The notes beneath the pieces were generated by a model that worked only from the letters and a program-made list of their open reading frames with translations, ran no database searches and was not told where the DNA came from. The position numbers were made by a program, and so were the translations under genes. Shown here one piece after another: positions 38,505 through 47,205 of a stretch of 54,192 nt of DNA. Numbering within the stretch: the stretch's first letter is position 1; each line of letters begins with the position of its first letter. The DNA comes from an uncultured Oscillospiraceae bacterium (GTDB taxonomy: Bacteria > Bacillota > Clostridia > Peptostreptococcales > Anaerovoracaceae): contig CAZLJV010000001.1 of the NCBI GenBank assembly GCA_964559965.1, positions 1-54,192 on the forward strand, read 5' to 3'.

Positions 38505-39455
38505 TTAAGCTAATGATGCAATACCATCTGTGAATACGAAGTTACGCATGCTTCTGCCGCCTATGTTGTCAGGATTGATAGCGGTTTCGAGGCGGCTGAT
38601 GTCTTCAGCAGTCAGCTCGATATTGAGAGCATCGATGGATTCCTGAAGATGATCTGGATTAGTAGTACCGATTAGACTCTGTACATTATCATATTTAGCT
38701 AAGCTCCAAGCTAAAGCAAGCTGAGAAATATTAACACCTTTTTCATCAGCGATTTCCTTAACCTTGCGGATGACCGCTAAATTGTTTTCACGATGTTCTG
38801 GCGCCATCATTCCTCTGCTTATTCCGGAATTGACTGGTGCGTTTAAGAAATTATCGTTCAGCAGGCCGTGTCCCACCGTACCAAATGCCAAAACCTTTAC
38901 CCCCAACTCTTCTGCAGTCGCAATGAGTTCTTTTTCGATGCCTCGTTCTATGAGGGAATATTCCATTTCCACTGTATGAATAGGATGGACTTTACATGCA
39001 CGACGCAGCGTATCTGCATCTACCATCGAAAGTCCGATGTGATTAACATAGCCTGCTTCAACTTGTTCAGCAATAGCACCAACCACTTCTTCTACAGGAA
39101 TGGTAGTATCCATTCTTGCTGGCTGGTATAAATCTATGTAGTCCAAACCAAGACGGCGCAGTGAGTAAGTAAGGTGTCCCTTAACATTGTGAGGCTTTAC
39201 ATCAAGCCCATAGATTCCACCTCCGGGTGAAGGAAGTACACCAAACTTAACGGACAGGAAGTAGTTATCATGGTTTACGCCTTTCAGCGCTTGTCCTACA
39301 ATAAGTTCACTTTCGCTCGCATTATAGAATTCACCTGTGTTGAAAAGGGTGATTCCTGCATCTAAAGCAGCGTGAATAGTTTTTACTGAGTTTTCTGGAT
39401 TGCGTACGATGGACATACCCATGGTGCCAAGTCCTAAGCGGTTGATATTTTTCAT
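38505..39455 (-). CDS. aldo/keto reductase
   Basis: 316 aa. Motifs LGLGTMGM, DTGEFY-like (FNTGEFY), LDYIDLYQ and HIGLS. Confidence 0.85.
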   Translation of the reverse strand: MKNINRLGLGTMGMSIVRNPENSVKTIHAALDAGITLFNTGEFYNASESELIVGQALKGVNHDNYFLSVKFGVLPSPGGGIYGLDVKPHNVKGHLTYSLRRLGLDYIDLYQPARMDTTIPVEEVVGAIAEQVEAGYVNHIGLSMVDADTLRRACKVHPIHTVEMEYSLIERGIEKELIATAEELGVKVLAFGTVGHGLLNDNFLNAPVNSGISRGMMAPEHRENNLAVIRKVKEIADEKGVNISQLALAWSLAKYDNVQSLIGTTNPDHLQESIDALNIELTAEDISRLETAINPDNIGGRSMRNFVFTDGIASLA

Positions 39456-39487
39456 AATGAAGTCTCCTTTCTGCGGATAATATTAAT

Positions 39488-40954
39488 TTACGAAATCATT
39501 TCTATGCCATTTTCAGTCGGATAGAACTGAAGAGCATCTTGTATAGTGATGAACGCCCCATCTTCATTCCAGCTGCTGGTCATTCTCTTATCCAAGGCCG
39601 TCATAGCCGGATACTGAAGCCAGCTGCGCTGATGAGTGTAATTAAACCAGCTGTCAATAATCCAGCCGTCTGCCAATTCTACCAGAGTATATGCTAAATA
39701 ACCACGATGGTTCTCTCCGTATCTAGGCATGGAGAAGGCAGCGAAGATATCGGTACTGGTTTGATTTCCTATCAAAAAACTATTAGTCGTAAATGTTTTT
39801 GGACCTAAGAAGTAATATGGAGAACTGAAAGTTTTTCCGTCCTTATCATAAAGCACCTGTCCGCTTACATCGCTGCTCATATCCCAGCCTTCAAGGCGGT
39901 CACTTGGCCAGAGCTGAATACATTCAGTACCATAAAATTTAGGATTATCAGTCCAGAGGAAGTGATGGAATATAACCCAGCTCTCTCTTTCGCCGGCTAT
40001 CTCAACACCGATTCCGGTAATGCGAAGATTATCTTCGTCCTCCATATCGACCACTACCTGAACAGCATTTTCACAGGCTAATATATCCTCTTCAGATATA
40101 TCGTCTAAAGCCGATTCTGGGAAACCGAGGTCAATAAGATGCGCTTCTATGACTTCAATTTTTCCATCAGCTTTATCACCATCAGCCTCAGCAGCGACCT
40201 CCGACCATTCCATGTTGTAACTGCTGAAGAAGGCATAACCGGCAGCACAGCCTATGACCAGTACTGCGAGCAGTGACAATGTAATGAATCTGTCGGACAC
40301 CTTGTTTGGTGCAGCCTGCACAGAATAGCCTGCCTCGTCCAGCTCACGGGAAATCTTCCACAGATTGCGAATGATGAAAATGTATGCAATTATCATCAAG
40401 CCTGCGATAATAAGGCCGCTGTACTGGAACAGCGCAAGAGCACACATCAAAACATACCACAAAATCAGCGCTGCGGCACTTCCTGCTTTTGGCGGCAGAC
40501 CTGCTTTAATCTGCACTGACCTGAGCCCTCGCCATAGGCAGAATACAGATGTGAGAATCAGCAGCAGATTGGCAAGCGTCAGTGGAGAGAAAGAGCTGGC
40601 TGATGAGATTTTGCTGTGAAATACGGTGGAGTTAAGCACGAGCAACGGAAAAAAGTAGGCTGCACGGAGCACAGTTGTGACGAAGCAGATTTTGAACCAT
40701 GGATTATCACAGCGCAGGGTGCGGAAGCCCAGCAGCAACAGAGTCATTCCGATTGCCGGCATTATGTAGTCGAGACACCAGAAATTCAGCGTGATTGCGG
40801 ACAGTGCCATTCCGACGAGGACTCGGTTCATGGCCTTTCTCCAAGGTGTGACTTCTCTGACTATGTCCTCAGGAGGAATGTCGGCGAGGTTTTCTTCCAG
40901 TAGAGTTTCGAAATCTTGTTCACTCATGTTATTGACGGATTCCCAATTAGTCAT
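39488..40954 (-). CDS. polytopic membrane protein with a large C-terminal extracytoplasmic domain; putative anti-sigma/sensor partner of the upstream ECF sigma factor
   Basis: 488 aa. It has an acidic cytoplasmic N-terminus of about 45 aa, about 7 hydrophobic segments, then a soluble domain of about 230 aa with no motif I recognise. Its start overlaps the sigma gene stop by 8 nt. Confidence 0.5.
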   Translation of the reverse strand: MTNWESVNNMSEQDFETLLEENLADIPPEDIVREVTPWRKAMNRVLVGMALSAITLNFWCLDYIMPAIGMTLLLLGFRTLRCDNPWFKICFVTTVLRAAYFFPLLVLNSTVFHSKISSASSFSPLTLANLLLILTSVFCLWRGLRSVQIKAGLPPKAGSAAALILWYVLMCALALFQYSGLIIAGLMIIAYIFIIRNLWKISRELDEAGYSVQAAPNKVSDRFITLSLLAVLVIGCAAGYAFFSSYNMEWSEVAAEADGDKADGKIEVIEAHLIDLGFPESALDDISEEDILACENAVQVVVDMEDEDNLRITGIGVEIAGERESWVIFHHFLWTDNPKFYGTECIQLWPSDRLEGWDMSSDVSGQVLYDKDGKTFSSPYYFLGPKTFTTNSFLIGNQTSTDIFAAFSMPRYGENHRGYLAYTLVELADGWIIDSWFNYTHQRSWLQYPAMTALDKRMTSSWNEDGAFITIQDALQFYPTENGIEMIS

Positions 40955-41492
40955 TCAAGTCACCTCCTAACTTCTTTCTCAGCTGTTTTTTTAATCGATA
41001 CAGTTTGCCCTCGACAGCGCGCTCGGTCATACCTAATTCAGAAGCAATCTGCGCAGTGGACTGCATGTAGTAATATTTTCTGTAGAAAAGTGTTCTGTCC
41101 CTAGATGAAAGCTGCTCTAAAGCACGGTTTAAGGCAGCCTGCCGCTCTTTTCGAATAAGCACTTCTTCGGGAGTAGGGTCTGGCGATGGTATCGTCTCCG
41201 GAATCTCTTCGGTTTCGCTGTGATGGGAGGATTTTCGCACATAATTTAGGGCAGCATTCCTGGTCACAGCCGTCAGCCATGCCGTCCAGCTTCCGCGGTT
41301 TGGATTGAACAGTTCTATTTTATCCCATACACGCATAGCAGCTTCCGACAGACAGTCTTCTGCATCATGGGCGTCTCTCAAAATCGGACTGATTATGTAT
41401 CGCATCAGCGGCCCGTAGTGAACCAGCAGTGCGTTCATGCCATTTTCATCTCTGGAAATCAGCATTTCTATAATATCACGTTCTTGCAACAC
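40947..41492 (-). CDS. ECF-type RNA polymerase sigma-70 family factor
   Basis: 181 aa. Region 2 (DAEDCLSEAAMRVWDK...WLTAVTRNAALNYVRK) and region 4 (QSTAQIASELGMTERAVEGKLYRLKKQL) are visible. It has a GTG/TTG start behind AGGAGG. Confidence 0.85.
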   Translation of the reverse strand: MLQERDIIEMLISRDENGMNALLVHYGPLMRYIISPILRDAHDAEDCLSEAAMRVWDKIELFNPNRGSWTAWLTAVTRNAALNYVRKSSHHSETEEIPETIPSPDPTPEEVLIRKERQAALNRALEQLSSRDRTLFYRKYYYMQSTAQIASELGMTERAVEGKLYRLKKQLRKKLGGDLND

Positions 41493-41560
41493 ATCGCCTC
41501 CTTTCGCCTGTATTTCAACTTTTATTTCGTCTTCTATTTCTTACTTAATTATACACCTAC

Positions 41561-42991
41561 TCACGCAAAAAACCCACGAAAAAATTGAAACAGATATATA
41601 ATTGCCAAGACGACGAGGGCAAATGCCAAAAACATCTCGAAAGCATTTGCGAATACCTTTTCGCCACGCTGATGCTTGCCGATGGCAAATACAATAAGTC
41701 CAGGTGCATATAAGACGGTTGAGATTAAAAGCTGCTCAAGGCCTGCCGCATACAGCATCCAAAAACCGTACAGTGTGCCAACTATGGCGAAGATGTAGGA
41801 CGCTAACGCCGACGTTTTTTGCCCGAAGACCACTTTCAAATAGTACATGGCACTGAAGAGGTAGGGCACCATAATCATAGTGGCACTCATATAATAGAAA
41901 ACCTGATAAGCTGAGTCGCTGAAATAGCTGACAATCAAAAATAGCTGCACGATGCCGTTGGTAAGCAGCAGTGAAAATGTAGGTGAGCCATGGTCGTTTT
42001 CCTGTGCGAACTCCTTGGTAAATACGCCCTGCTTAGCCGCAGAATATGGGCAGTCTGCCGCCAGAATAGTCCACCCCAGCAAAGCTCCAGCCAGCGACAG
42101 TATTACTCCGATATTGACTATTGCGCTGCCCCACGGCCCTATGCAACGCTCCAAAACGCCTGCCATCTGAGGGTTAGGCAGTGCGGCTAATTCTTCATTA
42201 GTCATTACACCCATGCTCAGAACAGCCACAAGTACATAGATGGCTAAGATGCCAAGAAAGCCGACAAGGGAGGCTTTTCCAACATCGCTGGAGCGGCGAG
42301 CTCGTGCGGAAAGTACCACTGCGCCTTCAACTCCGATAAAAGACCAGACGGTTGCAGTAGTAGTAGCCTTAATTTGATCCAGCAGCGGAAGGTGCAGTGT
42401 CTGATTCGAGCTTGAAGTATCCGTTCCCCAGAAATTTTCAAAAAATATTTCAGGGTCAAATGCACGTACAACCATGATGGCGATTACAAATACGATTATG
42501 GGAATCATCTTGCTTATAGTGGCAATAATATTCAGAAAAGCAGCAGCCTGAACACCGCGAAGTATGAGCAAGTTCAGCAGCCATATGAGAATTGAAGCGC
42601 AAACTATGGAAATCACATTGTTTCCTCTGCCGAATATAGGCAGAAAGTTGCCTATGGCACCGAAAAGCAGAGTTGTATATGAGACATTGCACAGCAAAGC
42701 ACTTACCCAGTAACCCCATGCAGAGTTAAAGCCTACATACTGACCGAAACCTTCTTCGGCATAGCTATAAACGCCGTTAGTAAGGTCAGGACGCATGCGG
42801 TTTAATCCGAAGAAACACATCATAAGGCAGAACATACCTATACCGCAGATGAGCCAGCCGATGAGAACGCTCGCTGTATGCGCGCCTGAGCTGGCCATAT
42901 CTCCAGCGGTTGTGAAAATTCCGCCGCCGATGGTGGAGCCTATTATCATAGCCACAAGTCCTGCGAAACTTAGCTTTTCTGAATCCTTCAT
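41561..42991 (-). CDS. APC superfamily amino acid permease (basic amino acid/polyamine antiporter-like)
   Basis: 476 aa with about 12 TM segments. The N-terminal LVAMIIGSTIGGGIF motif is typical of the ArcD/APA family. RBS GGGAGGG is present. Confidence 0.8.
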   Translation of the reverse strand: MKDSEKLSFAGLVAMIIGSTIGGGIFTTAGDMASSGAHTASVLIGWLICGIGMFCLMMCFFGLNRMRPDLTNGVYSYAEEGFGQYVGFNSAWGYWVSALLCNVSYTTLLFGAIGNFLPIFGRGNNVISIVCASILIWLLNLLILRGVQAAAFLNIIATISKMIPIIVFVIAIMVVRAFDPEIFFENFWGTDTSSSNQTLHLPLLDQIKATTTATVWSFIGVEGAVVLSARARRSSDVGKASLVGFLGILAIYVLVAVLSMGVMTNEELAALPNPQMAGVLERCIGPWGSAIVNIGVILSLAGALLGWTILAADCPYSAAKQGVFTKEFAQENDHGSPTFSLLLTNGIVQLFLIVSYFSDSAYQVFYYMSATMIMVPYLFSAMYYLKVVFGQKTSALASYIFAIVGTLYGFWMLYAAGLEQLLISTVLYAPGLIVFAIGKHQRGEKVFANAFEMFLAFALVVLAIIYLFQFFRGFFA

Positions 42992-43096
42992 TGTTTACCC
43001 TCCCTGATGCCATATATAAGCATATATGCGCATTGAATTTAACAATAGTATGCAACGGTGATTTGGGTTTTATGCGGAGGCATACGGTAATGTTTG

Positions 43097-43125
43097 TTTA
43101 CGCAAATCAGTTTTTATGGTAAAAT
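43097..43125 (+). promoter_or_regulatory. candidate sigma-A promoter for prfB
   Basis: TTTACG (43097-43102), 17-nt spacer, TAAAAT (43120-43125) with an upstream TGn. Confidence 0.4.
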
Positions 43126-43205
43126 AAAGTGTTAGCGTATGCTGAAGACCCGGTCGTGAGGCAGGGCAGCCAAGGCGCTGATGAATTTCGAAAGGAGAAG
43201 GAAAA

Positions 43206-44334
43206 ATGATTCAACTTGATGCAATCAGAACCGAAATTCCGGCATTAAAGCCAATCTTAAAGGAAGTCGGTGAATCTCTTTGACCTGGCTCATATTGAAG
43301 CCGAATTAGAGAGAACAAACAGAGAAATCGAGCAGGAAGATTTTTGGAATAATTTGGAGTATGCGCAGAAGGTTATGCGTGAAAAGAAGGGGATGGAGGA
43401 TACTCTGGAGGAGTACCACGGACTGGAAAAATCGCTTGATGATATAGCAGAACTTATAGAATTAGCTGAGCTTGAAGAGGCTGGCGGTGCTGCTGCAGAA
43501 GAACTGGAGATGATGATTTCTGAAATTCAGGAACTGTATGCTTCTTCTAAAGAGCATTTGGAAGAAATGCGTCTCAGAACTCTGCTGACAGGAAAGTATG
43601 ACCACAATAATGCTATCGTATCCATTCATGCAGGCACTGGCGGCGTAGATGCCATGGACTGGGCAGAAATGCTCCTTCGCATGTATACACGCTGGTGTGA
43701 TAAGAAGGGATATACAGTGAAAATGCTGGATTTGCAGGACGATACGGAAGCGGGCATTAAGAGTGCTACCTTCCTTGCTGAAGGGGAAAATGTGTATGGC
43801 TATCTGAAAAACGAAAAGGGCGTACACCGTTTGGTGCGCATCTCACCGTTTAATGCGGCAGGGAAAAGACAGACATCATTCGCACAGCTTGATGTAACAC
43901 CAGAGCTTGATGATGATATTCAGGTGGAAATCGATCCTGAAGATCTGCGAATCGACACTTACCGAAGCAGCGGTGCAGGCGGACAGCATGTAAACAAGAC
44001 GGATTCAGCTATCAGAATCACTCACTTGCCTACGAACATCGTTGTAACTTGCCAGAATGAACGAAGCCAGCATCAGAATAAGGATATGGCTATGAAGATT
44101 TTGAAGGCAAGACTGACAGAGTTAGCAGAGCAGGAGCATAAGGAAAACCTGAAAGAGCTGAGAGGCGACTACTCTATGAATACATGGGGCTCGCAGATTC
44201 GTTCTTATGTATTCCAGCCATATACCATGGTTAAGGATCATCGTACAGGGGCTGAAACTGCCAATGTGCAGTCTGTCATGGACGGAAATATAGATTACTT
44301 CATAAACGAAAAATTGAAATATAAGGAAGAGTAG
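43206..44334 (+). CDS. prfB: peptide chain release factor 2, requires programmed +1 frameshift (join 43206..43280, 43282..44334)
   Basis: Frame 0 reads ATG(43206)...GAA TCT CTT TGA (stop at 43281-43283). Frame +1 continues GAC CTG GCT = DLAHIEAEL, which is the track ORF 43270-44334. The SPF anticodon motif (RISPFNA) and GGQ (SSGAGGQHVNKT) are present. Confidence 0.95.
43269..43284 (+). promoter_or_regulatory. RF2 autoregulatory +1 frameshift site
   Basis: GGTGA (SD-like), TCT, then CTT TGA C. The slippery CUU-UGA-C heptad is identical to the canonical E. coli/Bacillus prfB site. Confidence 0.9.
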
Positions 44335-44335
44335 A

Positions 44336-46510
44336 ATGGATATTATACAGAAATTAGCAGCAGAATTTAGGGTGAAGGTGTCGCAGGTGGAAAACACAGT
44401 GGCGCTGATTGACGAAGGAAATACCATTCCTTTTATCGCCCGCTACAGAAAAGAAGTTACAGGTGGTCTGACTGACGTTACGCTCCGCGATATGGACGAG
44501 CGACTGAAGTACCTGCGTAATCTGGAAGAAAGAAAAGAAGAGGTCATCAGACTTATTGAAGAACAGGGAAAGCTGACTGAAGAACTGAGAGCGGAAATCG
44601 CTAAGGCAGAAGTGCTGCAGCGAGTTGAAGACCTGTATAAGCCATTTAAGCAGAAAAAGGCAACCAGAGCATCTAAGGCGAAGGAAAGGGGCTTAGAGCC
44701 GCTGGCGATGGTGATTTACTCACAGCTTTTGACAAAAGGCGTGCCGGAAGAAATCGCTGCCCCTTATATCAATGAGGAAAAGGAAGTGCCTACGGCAGAA
44801 AAAGCTCTGGCAGGCGCTTGCGACATTATCGCTGAAATGATTGCTGATGATCCGGAAATCACGGCTGAAGTTCGTGAAAAGACATGGAATGTAGGCCTTA
44901 TTATGACGGAAGCTGTGGATCCTGAAGAAAAGACCGTGTATGAAATGTACTACGACCGCAGTGAAGGTCTGGCTAAGATTCCTAATCACCGAGTGCTGGC
45001 AATCAACCGCGGCGAAAAGGAAAAGAAACTGAAAGTAAAGGTAAGCGTTGACCCTCAGCAGATTCATGAACTGATAGGTAAGAGTGTTTTGAAGAACGAA
45101 AGATCCATCTTCTATACAATGATGCAGGATACTATCGCAGACGCATACAAGCGTCTCATGGCACCGTCCATCGAGCGTGAAATGAGAAATACACTGACCG
45201 AGCGAGCAGAAGCTGAGGCTGTGAAGATTTTTGCTAAGAATACGGAAAGTCTGCTGATGGCACCGCCTGTGCGTGGAAAGCGTGTAATTGCAATCGACCC
45301 AGGATATAGAACGGGCTGCAAGGTGGCTGTGCTTGACGAAACAGGTAAGCTGAAGGCATACACGACAGTTTACCCAACAGAGCCTAAAAAGGACATCGCA
45401 GGAACAGAGGCTGTCCTGAAGAAGCTGGTGGAAAAGTTCCACACAGATATTATCGTCGTGGGCAACGGAACTGCATCGAGAGAAACTGAAGAGGTGGTAG
45501 CAAACTTCATAAAGAAAAATAACTACCAGATTCAGTATACAATCGTAAACGAAGCAGGTGCATCTGTATATTCAGCATCTAAGCTGGCTACGGAAGAATA
45601 TCCTGACTTGGATGTAACTACAAGAGGCGCAATGTCCCTTGGCCGCCGCCTGCAGGATCCTCTGGCAGAGCTGGTTAAAATCGACCCTAAGAGCATCGGC
45701 GTAGGCCAGTACCAGCACGACATTAACCAGAAACTATTAGAAGGCGCACTGTCAAATGTAGTTGAAAACTGCGTAAACCGAGTTGGCGTAGACTTGAATA
45801 CTGCATCACCGTCTCTTCTTTCATACATTGCCGGAATCAACATGGGTATCGCTAAAAACATCGTCGCATACCGTGAAGAAAACGGAAGTTTCACCAACCG
45901 TAAGCAGCTGATGAAGGTTCCTAAGCTGGGCGAAAAAGCATTCGGCCAGTGCGCCGGCTTCCTGAGAATTACAGGCGGAAAAGAGCCGCTGGATGCCACT
46001 TCTGTTCACCCTGAATCATACGAAGCAGCACGCTCCATGATGGAAAAATTAGGCGTAGATGCGGCAGCTATTCAGGCAGGCGGCGATGCTGAAATTGAGC
46101 GTAAGATTAAGTCTGCTTACCCAGCAAAATCTTTCTCTCAGAGTTTATCTCGCATGGCTGCGGAGCTGGGTGTCGGTGAGCTGACTCTCACAGATATAGT
46201 GGAAGAACTGAAAAAACCAGCTCGTGACCCTCGTGAAGACGCACCTCCGGTTGTATTCAGAAATGATGTAAAGAGCTTCGAAGATTTGAAAATCGACATG
46301 GAGATGACCGGTACAGTCAGAAATGTAGTAGACTTCGGTGCATTTGTAGATATAGGAGTTAAGCACGACGGACTGGTGCATATTTCCCAGATGAGCGATA
46401 AGTTTATCAAGCATCCGATGGATGTAGTATCAGTAGGTGACACAGTTAAAGTGAAGATTATCTCAATCGATCCTGAAAAGCAAAAAGTGGGTTTAACCAT
46501 GAAGCTGTAG
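44336..46510 (+). CDS. tex: Tex-like transcription accessory protein (YqgF/HhH/S1 domains)
   Basis: 724 aa. N-terminal TIPFIARYRKE, a central RuvC/YqgF-like IAIDPGYRTGCK, and a C-terminal S1 domain GTVRNVVDFGAFVDIG...HISQ. Confidence 0.92.
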   Translation: MDIIQKLAAEFRVKVSQVENTVALIDEGNTIPFIARYRKEVTGGLTDVTLRDMDERLKYLRNLEERKEEVIRLIEEQGKLTEELRAEIAKAEVLQRVEDLYKPFKQKKATRASKAKERGLEPLAMVIYSQLLTKGVPEEIAAPYINEEKEVPTAEKALAGACDIIAEMIADDPEITAEVREKTWNVGLIMTEAVDPEEKTVYEMYYDRSEGLAKIPNHRVLAINRGEKEKKLKVKVSVDPQQIHELIGKSVLKNERSIFYTMMQDTIADAYKRLMAPSIEREMRNTLTERAEAEAVKIFAKNTESLLMAPPVRGKRVIAIDPGYRTGCKVAVLDETGKLKAYTTVYPTEPKKDIAGTEAVLKKLVEKFHTDIIVVGNGTASRETEEVVANFIKKNNYQIQYTIVNEAGASVYSASKLATEEYPDLDVTTRGAMSLGRRLQDPLAELVKIDPKSIGVGQYQHDINQKLLEGALSNVVENCVNRVGVDLNTASPSLLSYIAGINMGIAKNIVAYREENGSFTNRKQLMKVPKLGEKAFGQCAGFLRITGGKEPLDATSVHPESYEAARSMMEKLGVDAAAIQAGGDAEIERKIKSAYPAKSFSQSLSRMAAELGVGELTLTDIVEELKKPARDPREDAPPVVFRNDVKSFEDLKIDMEMTGTVRNVVDFGAFVDIGVKHDGLVHISQMSDKFIKHPMDVVSVGDTVKVKIISIDPEKQKVGLTMKL

Positions 46511-46540
46511 TGGTCTGTAATAAGTCTGGAGGAAAAATAA

Positions 46541-47188
46541 ATGAAAAAATATGTTCTGTTTGATTTCGATGGAACCTTAGTAAATACGAACGATGTCATC
46601 TTAGCATCATGGCAGCATACATATAAGCATTACTGCGGTCATGAAGTAGATGAAGACCGTATAACCGCCTGCTTCGGCGAGCCTTTGCTGGTAACTATGG
46701 CAAGAGAGTTTCCCGATGTGGATCCTGAAGAATCCGCAGCTGTTTATCGCAAATTCCAGGTAGAAAATGCGGATAAGCTGGTAACTATTTTTCCGGGAAT
46801 CGTCGAATTGTTAGACACGCTGAAAAAAGAAGGATATGTAATGGGAATCGTAACTTCCAGAACGAGAGAATCTGCACTTCGCTATATGAATATGTTAGGT
46901 ATTGCAGACTATTTTAAGGATATGGTAAGCTGCGAAGATACAGATATTCACAAGCCTAATCCAGAGCCTCTGCTCTTAGGCATGAAAAAGATAGGCGCAA
47001 ATGCGGAAGAATCAGTTATGGTCGGCGACAGCCCTTTCGATATTAAGTGTGCAAATAACGCAGGTGTAGATGCTGTGATGGTAGACTGGCGCATAACTTG
47101 CGATAGTACATCGCCTATTGAAGATGCGAAGGTTGACTACTGGATTCGCAAGCCTATGGATTTAGCGGAATTACTTAAAACCTTGTAG
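46541..47188 (+). CDS. HAD family hydrolase (PpaX/phosphoglycolate phosphatase-like)
   Basis: 215 aa. HAD motif I LFDFDGTLVNT, motif II VTSR, and motif IV VGDSPFD. Confidence 0.8.
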   Translation: MKKYVLFDFDGTLVNTNDVILASWQHTYKHYCGHEVDEDRITACFGEPLLVTMAREFPDVDPEESAAVYRKFQVENADKLVTIFPGIVELLDTLKKEGYVMGIVTSRTRESALRYMNMLGIADYFKDMVSCEDTDIHKPNPEPLLLGMKKIGANAEESVMVGDSPFDIKCANNAGVDAVMVDWRITCDSTSPIEDAKVDYWIRKPMDLAELLKTL

Positions 47189-47205
47189 CAAAAGGAAGGA
47201 TACAG

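Noticed and set aside
44720-45442. 240-aa minus-strand ORF inside tex
   Set aside because: It is antisense to the well-supported Tex coding frame. It has no RBS or recognisable motifs, and its Cys/His/Phe-rich composition is typical of shadow frames.
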